Shown here: positions 1-9,600 of the stretch, piece after piece | How the letters are laid out: each line of letters begins with the position of its first letter | Position numbering within the stretch: position 1 is the stretch's first letter | NCBI GenBank assembly: GCA_020057115.1 | Contig: JAGVGJ010000032.1 | Location: 23,722-87,721, forward strand | Reading direction: 5' to 3' | Origin: Candidatus Omnitrophota bacterium | Lineage (GTDB): Bacteria > Omnitrophota > Gorgyraeia > 2-01-FULL-45-10 | Length of the DNA: 64,000 bases | Notes under the pieces: generated by a model | What the model saw: the letters and a program-made list of their open reading frames with translations, nothing else | What the model was told of the DNA's origin: nothing | Database searches by the model: none | Position numbers and translations under genes: made by a program

Positions 1-380
1 GTCTTTGTCTTCTTTAATATGCCGCATACGTCATCGGTCTTGCCTGGGGCTTTTGTGATGACCTTTGACAGGTATTTGCCAAGGCTGTCATGGGTCATGC
101 CGCGGTGGACCTTTACGCCCAAGCGAGGGACTTTAGCGAATATTTTGGTATTATTGGGCTTCGCATAAATTGCTTCGCTTAAGTCTTTTCCGACTTTATT
201 CTTATCGATGTCAAAGGCGGCCGAAAACTCTATGTCGTTTATATGATAACCGCCCAGATTAACATGCATTAAACCGGGAATAAAATCATCGCCCTTCGCA
301 TTTTTATAATACTCTACTCCCTGGACCAGCGAAGAGGCGCAGTTACCCACTCCGATGATCGCAACCCTGATCTTACCCAT
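1..380 (-). CDS. ino1: myo-inositol-1-phosphate synthase, N-terminal part (runs off the window)
   Basis: Manual translation from ATG at 380: [26 protein letters not shown]...[25 protein letters not shown], the typical bacterial MIPS N-terminus; GGAG RBS upstream. Confidence 0.92.
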   Translation of the reverse strand, partial: MGKIRVAIIGVGNCASSLVQGVEYYKNAKGDDFIPGLMHVNLGGYHINDIEFSAAFDIDKNKVGKDLSEAIYAKPNNTKIFAKVPRLGVKVHRGMTHDSLGKYLSKVITKAPGKTDDVCGILKKTK

Positions 381-410
381 GTATTGATGCTCCTTTTTCA
401 AGTTATCATA

Positions 411-461
411 AACTGGCGCAAGAGATAGGGGGCCGAATAAGCTCAAACCCGCAACTCTCCG
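411..461 (-). repeat. degenerate tRNA-Ser(GGA)-derived fragment (att-like / mini-tRNA)
   Basis: 411-437 aactggcgcaagagatagggggccgaa aligns with the tRNA 3' end 4475-4500 aactggcgg-agagatagggattcgaa (22 of 27 columns); 452-461 caactctccg matches the tRNA 5' end 4561-4570 catctctccg. Confidence 0.55.
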
Positions 462-470
462 TCGGATAAT

Positions 471-499
471 AGGTTACAACATTACCTCTTTTTTGTCAA
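471..499 (-). promoter_or_regulatory. sigma70-type promoter upstream of ino1
   Basis: TTGACA (499-494), 17 nt spacer, TAACCT (476-471). Confidence 0.55.
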
Positions 500-565
500 C
501 GACTTACGGCATTCCTTCAGTTCTTATAGTTCTCTGCGGTGATGCGGGGGTCATTTCTTAAAACT

Positions 566-727
566 CTATACACTACAACCGAAGACGACGGAAAACCGGA
601 AAACGGTTATGTAATGTAATGGAACGATGGCGAATACACCATACTTTTCGAGATATGACATCTTTATCGAAAAAGGTATGATGATCATCAAAAATAGAGC
701 TAAGATGACGGTTAAATTCTTATTCAT
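566..727 (-). CDS. small hydrophobic hypothetical protein (53 aa), possibly a remnant
   Basis: Manual ORF MNKNLTVILALFLMIIIPFSIKMSY... with GAAGGAG RBS; below the ORF-track size cutoff. Confidence 0.35.
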   Translation of the reverse strand: MNKNLTVILALFLMIIIPFSIKMSYLEKYGVFAIVPLHYITVFRFSVVFGCSV

Positions 728-758
728 GTCTCCTTCACAAATAAAAATGGGCGCTTAC

Positions 759-1928
759 CTAGGCATCAGAAAATTCTTCAGAATCCGTGTAAGCCTCTAT
801 CCTTCTGCCAAAAAATGAAAGTATCAATCCTGACATATAGCCGCCGACAAGAGCTATTGCAGCTGCGATAATAATACCTGTAAGCTGAGCTCTTCTGCTC
901 AACCCGCTTATAACGAACATAGCTGCAATGCCGCCCATTAAACCGGGCAGCCCATGTAGATACATGACACCGCAAGTATCCACTTTTTTGATATTCTTCT
1001 GCAGCCATGGAAGGATGACAGCAAAGCCGAACACAGACAAAGCCCCGGCTAACAACCCGATCGCCATAGAGCTGACCGGGTTTGCATGATCGCAAGTAGA
1101 ACCTATAGCCACGCCGCCGGCTAACGATGCATTTGCAATATCAGCAATTGAGATCTTGCGTCTTAAAGCACAAGAAGTGATGTAGGTAGCTAATGTTGCG
1201 CCGCAAAGAGCGATAACGACATTTATCGCTGTTTGTGGCACCTTTTGAACCGGCACAAGCGCTGCGCAAAAGCTTGGCCAAAAAATCCACAGGACCATGC
1301 TCCCTAACATTGAAAATCTATCGCTAACGGCATCCGATTCTATCGGCGTATTAAATTCTTTCTTTGTGGTCATCGTCATTATTAAGCCGAGCCCAAAGAT
1401 AGCTCCGAAAGCATGGATCAGTATAGAGCCTCCGGTATCCGCAAAACCGCCGTTAGGCAACAGCCTCAAACCGCCCGAGAGAAGTATCCATTCATTCAAC
1501 ATATAGCATGGCACAAAAAGCATCCCCAGAATGATATACTGCAGCATCTTCAATCTGCCCAACACCGCGCCGGCGCATATCAAAAGACCCGCTCCTGCAA
1601 ACTCTGCCAAGATCAGCCTCTCTATGCCTGCTTTAGCGCCTCCAAGCAAACCTGAGCTATTGATGCAAATATATAATGGGATTGCTACGCTTACCAACAG
1701 AAAGGTCGCTGTTAAAGCCGAGCGCCCATACTTTTTAACAAAAACCATCAAAAAACCAAAACCGACCAAAAGCATGGCCATTATGTGTATTGCCCGCTCG
1801 TATTTTTGGACATCAACCACTGGATCCAACGAATCAGCTGCCAGACAAATACCTGAAAATATTACCAATACTGCCAATATTATCGGAACTGCTGCCGCCC
1901 AGCGAAATTTTATCATCATTTTCTCCAT
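759..1928 (-). CDS. Rhesus (Rh50)-type ammonium/gas channel, Amt/Mep/Rh superfamily
   Basis: Rh-like motifs GFGFLMVFVKKYG, LWIFWPSF, NASLAGGVAIG, DTCGVMYLHGLPG; twin His; many TM helices; start codon uncertain. Confidence 0.88.
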   Translation of the reverse strand: MEKMMIKFRWAAAVPIILAVLVIFSGICLAADSLDPVVDVQKYERAIHIMAMLLVGFGFLMVFVKKYGRSALTATFLLVSVAIPLYICINSSGLLGGAKAGIERLILAEFAGAGLLICAGAVLGRLKMLQYIILGMLFVPCYMLNEWILLSGGLRLLPNGGFADTGGSILIHAFGAIFGLGLIMTMTTKKEFNTPIESDAVSDRFSMLGSMVLWIFWPSFCAALVPVQKVPQTAINVVIALCGATLATYITSCALRRKISIADIANASLAGGVAIGSTCDHANPVSSMAIGLLAGALSVFGFAVILPWLQKNIKKVDTCGVMYLHGLPGLMGGIAAMFVISGLSRRAQLTGIIIAAAIALVGGYMSGLILSFFGRRIEAYTDSEEFSDA

Positions 1929-2045
1929 TATTAGTTTTACCTTTGCCAAAAATAAAGCGGCGAAAAGATGGGGAGCCAAATCCCAGAAGAAATTTCAGAA
2001 TTTCTATAAGGCCTTTCATCGTTTCTCCGCCTGAGATCTCATCCC

Positions 2046-3089
2046 TTACGATTTTTTAGCTTTCCACAGAAATTCATTTATGGCATTGGGCTTGCAATCG
2101 GGAGGGCATCCTTTAAGATCCAATTTCTTTTCCAATAATTGCTTCACTTTTTTGCGCTTTCCGCCGCGCCATATCTCTTTAAAAGAGTTATCGTAAATAT
2201 TCCCAAAAACGAACTCCTCGCTATCCCAATAAGCAACGCATGGCGCTATATCGCCGGCGGAATTTAGCACTGACATAAAAGACGTCCCCAGGCAGTGCGC
2301 GTAGCACCTCTCGCCGTGCTTCTTAAAAGAGTCTCTCCTGGCTATCACCTTAAAATCACCGTCCGATAATTTTTCGGCTTCGTCAAGGACCGGATTTATG
2401 ACATCAAGCGTAAACTCCCTATTTATTTTATACGCCTGTGACGAGCCTTTTGGAACAAAAGGTTTTATGACAAAATAATCGATACACGCCTCCTTCATCG
2501 CAACGATACCATCAAGCAGATAGTCTATATTTTCGGGAAGAAGGACATACTGCGCTCCAATATCCACGGAAAGCCCGCGTGAATTCCTTATTCTTACGGC
2601 ATGGGATGCGCTATGGACCACCTTATCAAAAACGTCCGGCTTAACGCCATGTATTTTCGCGTAATTTTCTCTCGTTCCGCCGTTAAAGCTGAACCTGAGG
2701 AATGTAAGCGACGGCAACATCTTTATCGCCATATCATCCTTTAAGAGATGGCCATTCGTATATAGGCCTACATCTATGCCCCTCATCTTTGTATAAGTAA
2801 TAATATTTACGATGTCCGGGTGAAGTAGCGACTCCCCTTCACCCGAGTATAGGATGCTCTTCAAGCCGCAATTCGCAGCCTCATCTACAAAATCAAGAAG
2901 CGAATCCGTAGCTAACATCCTGCCGGGATATCCCATAATGTCATAGGCGCAGAACATGCATCCGTGATTACAATTCCCTACAGGGCTTACCTCCATATAT
3001 AATGGATAGCAGTCGCCATACTCCAGGTATTCGCTGACTCTGTCGTTATGGAGCATAAGCTTAGGGCCATCAGAGATAAAATTAGTCAT
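2046..3089 (-). CDS. radical SAM protein with SPASM/twitch domain
   Basis: CNHGCMFC motif, SGEGE loop, C-terminal C...GDIAPC...GNI...CPPDC; AAGGA RBS before ATG 3089. Confidence 0.88.
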   Translation of the reverse strand: MTNFISDGPKLMLHNDRVSEYLEYGDCYPLYMEVSPVGNCNHGCMFCAYDIMGYPGRMLATDSLLDFVDEAANCGLKSILYSGEGESLLHPDIVNIITYTKMRGIDVGLYTNGHLLKDDMAIKMLPSLTFLRFSFNGGTRENYAKIHGVKPDVFDKVVHSASHAVRIRNSRGLSVDIGAQYVLLPENIDYLLDGIVAMKEACIDYFVIKPFVPKGSSQAYKINREFTLDVINPVLDEAEKLSDGDFKVIARRDSFKKHGERCYAHCLGTSFMSVLNSAGDIAPCVAYWDSEEFVFGNIYDNSFKEIWRGGKRKKVKQLLEKKLDLKGCPPDCKPNAINEFLWKAKKS

Positions 3090-3120
3090 TAATATATTCC
3101 TTAATTTATGTGGTTGTCGA

Positions 3121-4233
3121 TTAAATTCCGACAAATTGCCGATAAACTGCCGATAATATATAGGATCGGGATCGATTAGATCTGTCAGCGGTTACCAACC
3201 AGCCATCTTTGACCCATCTACGGATCAGGTTCCGCGCCATGCGGCCGGATAAGCCTAATGCCTGAGCAACGTCCTGCGTAATAATATGCTCCTTCTTGGT
3301 AAAAAAAGAAAAGACGATGCGGGCCCGGCGATCAAGTTGTCTTATGAGCTTCGGTTCAGCCTGAACACCTTTTTGAGAAAGCCCAATAGCCTCATCTTTT
3401 GCCTGCGTAAATACTCTGGCCAGGAGAGCGGTAAAATATTCCACCCAGCTTGTCAGGTCTGTCTGAGCCCTGCCTTCGTAGTAGTTATGATGTTTGTGAG
3501 TGGTAAGCGAATTATAATAACCCTCCAAGTCGCGAGCGTGATGTTCTTCCATGGAAAAGAAACCGTGCAGGCCATAATTATCACGCTGCAAGATAAAAGT
3601 TGCCAGAAGCCTGGCCGTCCTGCCGTTGCCATCATAGTATGGATGTATCGTAACGAACTGATAATGCGCCAAAGCCGCAATCATAGGAACGGGTATTTTT
3701 TCTTTTTCTGCCCGATGTATCCAGCGCACCATTTCTGTCATAAGGCCCGACACATCCTTGGCCTCAGGCGGTAAGTAGACAAGCGCGCCGGTCGATGAAT
3801 CACGGATCGCGTTCTGGCCTTCACGATAAGGTGTGGCTTTGGCCCTTTTGCCGTTCCAAACGATCGCATGCAGGCGCTTTATAAGATCTTCGGTCAATTC
3901 GATATGCCTTGAGGCCCAGTCCTCGACTTTAAGAAGCGCGTCCCAGTAATTGCGCACTTCTTTAACGTCTCGCTCCCTTCCATGGAAATGCGCCTTAGGC
4001 TCAGCAATGACCCGCTCCGCTTCTTTCAGCGTAAGACGGTTACCTTCGATACGCGTTGAATAATGAGATGACCGGACTCGCGCTTTATGGCGAAGCTCAG
4101 CTTCAATAGCCGGGGATAAAGGCGTATTTTCCACCACTGCCTTGGCCGCTTCGATATCCATGAGCGACCGGGCAATATTCGGGCTTATCCTGTAAGCAGG
4201 TTTCCAGATGGGGTATTTATTGTTCGCTTTCAT
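3121..4233 (-). CDS. Fic family AMP-transferase with N-terminal inhibitory helix and C-terminal HTH
   Basis: HPYYDGNGRTAR Fic motif; STRIEGN inhibitory motif; likely start MKANNK at 4233. Confidence 0.92.
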   Translation of the reverse strand: MKANNKYPIWKPAYRISPNIARSLMDIEAAKAVVENTPLSPAIEAELRHKARVRSSHYSTRIEGNRLTLKEAERVIAEPKAHFHGRERDVKEVRNYWDALLKVEDWASRHIELTEDLIKRLHAIVWNGKRAKATPYREGQNAIRDSSTGALVYLPPEAKDVSGLMTEMVRWIHRAEKEKIPVPMIAALAHYQFVTIHPYYDGNGRTARLLATFILQRDNYGLHGFFSMEEHHARDLEGYYNSLTTHKHHNYYEGRAQTDLTSWVEYFTALLARVFTQAKDEAIGLSQKGVQAEPKLIRQLDRRARIVFSFFTKKEHIITQDVAQALGLSGRMARNLIRRWVKDGWLVTADRSNRSRSYILSAVYRQFVGI

Positions 4234-4379
4234 AATATAATTATACCATTTATAGGAAATAAATGCAACATCAATGATAATTTTATATAAAAAGTATCTT
4301 ATTATTTCCGATAAATTTCCTATTGTATCATACGATACTATCATCCTATTATATTTAGAATCCCAGAAGAATTTCTTAG

Positions 4380-4483
4380 AAAAGATCGGTTCGAACTTTA
4401 TTTTAAAAGAGCGCCGGATAAATTTTTCGTCGGAAGGTACCTTCCGACTCTATTTACCCGACGCCCCTTGTCCTAACTGGCGG
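4380..4483 (-). repeat. conserved tRNA-Ser trailer element, copy 1
   Basis: About 100 bp nearly identical to 21202-21335; includes the perfect 20-bp palindrome GTCGGAAGGTACCTTCCGAC (4429-4448). Confidence 0.85.
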
Positions 4484-4569
4484 AGAGATAGGGATTCGAA
4501 CCCTAGGACAGCCTTTCAGCCGTCGCACGCTCTCCAAGCGTGTGCCTTAAACCACTCAGCCATCTCTCC
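4478..4569 (-). tRNA. tRNA-Ser(GGA)
   Basis: Cloverleaf with long variable arm; anticodon arm CACGC-TTGGAGA-GCGTG; GGTTCGAATCC; encoded CCA. Confidence 0.97.
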
Positions 4570-4572
4570 GCG

Positions 4573-5793
4573 TTAAAAATGATTCTTGAGAATATGATAT
4601 AACTTATCGTTCCTGGTAAAGTTCTCCGTCTTCCAGGAATTTATGATGTGGCTCTTCTCTTTATTCCACAAAGCATAGAATGTCTCCCAGCCGGTCACAG
4701 GCCCTTTCCGGTTGACCCAGGGCGGATTATCTACATACCTGTATATGCCGTCCGGAAATACGGAATTCGCAACGCTCTTATATGTCCAGTATGTCCAGTG
4801 GAAACGGTTCTTCTCGAATATGTAAAGGATGTCCTTCACCCAGACGAGCTCTCCATAATTGCCGTCCCTGCAGTTGACGCCGAACTCTCCCACGTAAAGA
4901 GGGACGTTATGTTTTGAAACATATTTCTTATATTGTTTCGCGAGAAGTTCGATCACGCTCTTGTCCCAGCTGATCTTGTTGACCTTACCGGGATATGTAA
5001 GCCCCGGGATCCAGTTGAACGCGAACTCGGTCGGGACGTATGCATGGACGCTGTAAGCGGTGTTCTTGTCCTTGGGCGTGCCCAAAAAGAAGATCCTGGC
5101 CGACCATTCGCTGCCCTCGAGGAATATGATATGGTTCTGGTCGACGTCGCGTATCTCTTTGGTGACACGCTCATAGAGATCTTTCAATGCAAGCTCCTGG
5201 TGGAGCGGTACTATCGGCTCGTTCAATACGTCATACCCGGCTACGGCGCTTGAGTCCTTATAACGCTCTGCGAGGAAACGCCACAGCCTTAAATACCTGT
5301 CCTGATTGAACGGGTCTTTGAAGAACTCGGGCTCGCCGACGCAGTCGGAATGCCAGTCGGGATTCTGCGCTCCGGGGGCGGCGTGCAGGTCGAGGATGCA
5401 GTAAAGACTGTGCGCTTCGCACCATTCTACGACGCGGTCGAGATATTTAAGGCCTTCCTCATTCAAGCTGAAAGCCCTTTCCTCAAACTCGACCAGGCGG
5501 TAATTGAACGGGACGCGAATGCAATTTGCGCCGGATTCTTTGATAAGTTTTATGTCATGCTCGCGGATGAATGTATCGCGCCACGCCCTGGTGAATTCTT
5601 CGACCGCTTCCCTGCCGGCAGATTTTTCAAGGCCTTCTTTAAATGCTTTCTCCGGTATGTTGCGGCCGCACATCATATAGCCTTCCATCATGAGCCAGCC
5701 GCCCAGGGCGAAGCCCTTGAGGGTGACGGGCCTTCCGGCGTCATCGACTATATCGGTCTTATTTACTTTCAGGAATGGCAGTTTTTTTGGCAT
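4573..5793 (-). CDS. glycoside hydrolase family 5
   Basis: LGGWLMMEGY, IRVPFNY, LDLHAAPGAQN, catalytic NEP and VGEFG. Confidence 0.92.
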   Translation of the reverse strand: MPKKLPFLKVNKTDIVDDAGRPVTLKGFALGGWLMMEGYMMCGRNIPEKAFKEGLEKSAGREAVEEFTRAWRDTFIREHDIKLIKESGANCIRVPFNYRLVEFEERAFSLNEEGLKYLDRVVEWCEAHSLYCILDLHAAPGAQNPDWHSDCVGEPEFFKDPFNQDRYLRLWRFLAERYKDSSAVAGYDVLNEPIVPLHQELALKDLYERVTKEIRDVDQNHIIFLEGSEWSARIFFLGTPKDKNTAYSVHAYVPTEFAFNWIPGLTYPGKVNKISWDKSVIELLAKQYKKYVSKHNVPLYVGEFGVNCRDGNYGELVWVKDILYIFEKNRFHWTYWTYKSVANSVFPDGIYRYVDNPPWVNRKGPVTGWETFYALWNKEKSHIINSWKTENFTRNDKLYHILKNHF

Positions 5794-5818
5794 GGCACAT
5801 TGGTTGTTAACTTATCTC

Positions 5819-5859
5819 AAAAATAGGGACAGTCCCCTTCGGGGACAGTCCCTATTTTT
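5819..5859. repeat. REP-like intergenic hairpin
   Basis: AAAAATAGGGACAGTCCCC-TTC-GGGGACAGTCCCTATTTTT with one mismatch; may also act as a bidirectional terminator. Confidence 0.7.
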
Positions 5860-5866
5860 ACCTGTT

Positions 5867-6538
5867 TTATTCGCCCTCGCCCGTCTTCTTCTCCAGCGCG
5901 GCCTTGAACATGGAATTCATCTCTTCGAGCTTCGCCGCCTTGGCCTCGAGCTCCTCGTTTATCTTTTTAAGCTCTTCCGTCTTGCTGGACAGGTCCTCAT
6001 TCTCTTTTCTCATCTCGCTGACCTCGTCGGCGACAAGCGAGTGCTGTTCTTTAAGCGCCTGGTCGACAATGGCCTTCGCCTTGGAGGTCCTATCCATATC
6101 TTCTTCGAGCTCCTTATTCCGCCTTCTTATCTCTTCCATCTCTGCGCGGAGGAGCGTATTATCTTTTTCCGTGCGGTCGAATTCGTCTTTTTTTACGCCA
6201 GAGCCCTTCTCTTTTCTCAAGGATTCCATCTCATCTTTAAGGGCCTGGTTTTCCTTTATCACTTCACCGACCTTGGTCTTGAGCTGATTGTTGTGGTCTT
6301 TTAACTGCGGGAGGTAGGATTCAAGGCCGCTATTTATCTCCTTTAGCATGACTATCTCTTTGCGGGGATCATATTTCACCTTCTCCGGCGCGCTCGTCTT
6401 GATAGGAGCGGCCGTAGTCACCGATTGTACGGGCTTATCTGTTTTTTTCTTCCAGAACTCCCACCCAGCGGCGGACGCGGATGTTGCGGCGAATATCAAT
6501 ATAAGGCCAGCGATAAAAATAGAGACTGTCTTTCTCAT
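5867..6538 (-). CDS. exported coiled-coil hypothetical protein
   Basis: Signal peptide ending ASA-A, then E/K-rich heptads; GGAGG RBS. Confidence 0.8.
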   Translation of the reverse strand: MRKTVSIFIAGLILIFAATSASAAGWEFWKKKTDKPVQSVTTAAPIKTSAPEKVKYDPRKEIVMLKEINSGLESYLPQLKDHNNQLKTKVGEVIKENQALKDEMESLRKEKGSGVKKDEFDRTEKDNTLLRAEMEEIRRRNKELEEDMDRTSKAKAIVDQALKEQHSLVADEVSEMRKENEDLSSKTEELKKINEELEAKAAKLEEMNSMFKAALEKKTGEGE

Positions 6539-6646
6539 ATAATGCCTCCGTATAATTTTTTATATATGGTAATTATTATAAGTATGGCATATAAGGGGGA
6601 TTTTTGCAATATTTTTGGGTATGTAGAAATATAGAGGGACGGCGTG

Positions 6647-9600
6647 TTACAGGGACATCAATACGGCATCCTGGGCGCGCTTCCAGGCCTTGATATCATT
6701 GAAGTTTATCTTCCTTATCGGGAGGGTATAGCCCTTCTCGAATATCTTCTTCAATATATCCTTCGGATCCTCCTTGCCGCTTGCGACAAGCGCTATCATG
6801 TTGAGAAGGTCCTGGTGGTCCTGAGCGGCCCTCTCCTCCGCAGTGAGGCGGTCGTAATCGAGGAGTTTTATTCCGAATGCGAAGAATGTAGCTGTGTCCG
6901 GGAATTCTCCTGCGGTGTCTATCGACACGACTCTTACCCTGTCAAGTCCGGGGGTATTTTTTTCTGCAAGGTCTTTCATGACGAGAGAGAATGTCTTCTC
7001 GAGTTTCTTTGGCAGGAATACGATCGCTCTTGCGTCTTTCGGCGCCGCAGCAGCTTCCATGGCCTTGGCGGCTTTTGTTATTATATCGGCTATCTCGAAA
7101 TCGCTTGCGTCTTCCATGCCGATAATAGATTTGGCGCTAACATTAAAATCTTTCTCAATAACGCCGCCGGCCCTATTGCCTATATTGGTGCCCGGGGCTT
7201 TCAACCCTAAATCCGGCAGGAACTGGACTACTACGTTAAGTTTGTTTGGCCAGGCGCTCGAGAGGCTTTCAGCTATAACAACAAATCTCAAACTTGCTTC
7301 TATCATTTGTTTATTCTCAGCGGAGAGGGGCGATGAGTCTAAAGCTTCAAGGAGCTGTTTTATCACTTTGTCGGCAGTTAAGGCGCTATTCTTTGTGAGG
7401 CTTCCGAGCACATCTTTTGCGGCATTGTTCAGCGCGGCCTGGTCAAGCTTTGAGCCAGGTATAAGCTGTTCGGCAACAATACGGTCAAGGGCTTGCGAGT
7501 AAGGACTGGCCACAAGCGAAGTCGGCGATGGGACAACCGGACCTATAACGCCGCTCGTTGAGATAGACTGGCCGCTGGTATCAAGGACTTTCTTGGATTC
7601 ATCGATTGGGCCCAGCTCATCGTAACCGGCAACTTCGAGGGTCCCGACGCTTCCATCTGCATCCGGATAAAGCGTGGCATTCATTTTGTATTTGCCCGCG
7701 TCATAATCTTTTTCATATATAGTAAATAGGGCTTTTGCTTTCGCGCGCGACTCCGCCCTCAGTGCCGGATCAAGCTTCGACAAGAATTTCCTGAATGCCG
7801 TTTTGTCTTTGGCAGGCGCTTGCAGGAAATCTACGGCGAAATGTGCGATCGTAGCGGTAGGTATCCCTCCGAGCTTCGGGTCCATCTCGACCGCTTTATT
7901 AAGAGAGGATGCGGCAGCGGTGAAGTGCTCCTCTAAACCGGTGTCTCTAAGTCTCTTCAAGGCCTCTCCGGCCTCTAAGAGATATTGCGTGATCTTATCC
8001 TCCGGCGTTATCGCCGCTTTCTCGACCGCCGGCGTAACCACCATAGCTGTTGGCGCGGCAGGCACAACCGGCCTTCTGACGTCACTAAGCCTGTAGATGA
8101 GGAGGTTCGCATCGTCATGGACTATCGAGTCTACGGTCTTCACGGTGCCATCGGGCTGGATCACATCTTTTTTGACCATATTCTTAGCCATCGAATCTAT
8201 CGTGCTCTTGCCCGCGGCTATCTGAAGTGCCTCATGTGAGGCCTTCATGAGAAAATAATCATTGGCAGTCTTGTCGGTAAAAGGCGCGTAGCTTCCGACC
8301 TTGAAATCGGCGGGGTCGTATATATCATTCCTCTCGGCATCCATAGCTTCATTGAACCTGTCATTTGCGAAAACTATGGCCCGCACATTATCTTTAACGA
8401 TTATATTGGCTCTCGCATAAGCCGGCAGAAGTGTCTCCACTTGATTCGGATCAAGCATATCTATGTTCTTAAGCGGTTCGATGGCTTTCTCCCGGACGAA
8501 CCCTAGGGCCGTCGCCTTCTTCTTAGATGATTCGCTTGTGATATTATCGGCAATATATTTATCCACTGCCGCGCGCTTGTCGCTTTCATTGGTAAGCATA
8601 GCATCGGACATTATCTCTTTTATCTTGGCTGTCAGGTCCGTAGGAACATCTCTACTTATAACGGCTATCGGCATGCCGCCGGCATTATAGTCATAGGTAC
8701 GCTTAAGCCTATTATCTATCAAGACAGAATTATAAGTAATAAACATCCTGGTGCTCCCGAGTCCGACCTTCGCCAGTTCAAGCGACATGGCGGCCTGCAG
8801 ATAAGCTTGATATGCTGATAACACCTTCTTTGTCTGGCCTACTTGGTCGCCTTCGGGCATCGTCGATGCTATAGTCTCTATCGCCTCGATCGCTGTCATC
8901 ATCTTACCGTTCATCGGATAACGGAAATCCTTCGCTATCCTGTATAATATGCACCCGACTATGGCGCCCTGTATGCCATGGCCCGATACATCGCCCATCT
9001 CCATAAGAGCGAAGCGGCCGTCCTTGCTTTCAGCGAATGAATGCCAGTCCCCGCCTGCCGCATTTGCCGCGTCGAAAGGATTTTGTATCATCTGCTTCCT
9101 AAATATATCTACATTCTGCGTCTTAATGCCTTTATCAAGCTCGGTCTGTATCGCGTTAAACTCTTCAGAAGTGACGCCAAACATGCTGATGGCCCTCGCC
9201 ATGCTTTCAGCGTCATTGTGCTCTTCGAGCGTCTCCATTACATCCTTCGAGAGGAGCGTCTTATTATGCTTCACGATCTCCTTGTTAATAGCATTGTCGA
9301 TGACATCGGCGGCCTTGCTCAGCTCTAGAGCTTTCGTTATTGCAGCTGTGGCCATCTGAAGCTGGACTCTATCTAATATATTGATCTTCATCTGTCCTCT
9401 TAAAGCATCTACAGCCTCTTTCTGCACTATCCCAGCGGCATTTAGATTTACAAGCATGTCCAGTGCCACGTTAAGGTCTATCGCCTCTACGCCTTCGTTA
9501 GCCTTTAAGGCCTCTTGTCTTATATCTTCAATGCTCTTGTCTTCCGCCGCTCTCAACTCTTCAGCGTCTTTTAAAGCTGCAGTGGCGGCATTCAGCAATT

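Noticed and set aside
1834-2019. 61-aa ORF with an RBS overlapping the Rh gene start
   Set aside because: Out-of-frame overlap and no recognisable features; cannot be supported
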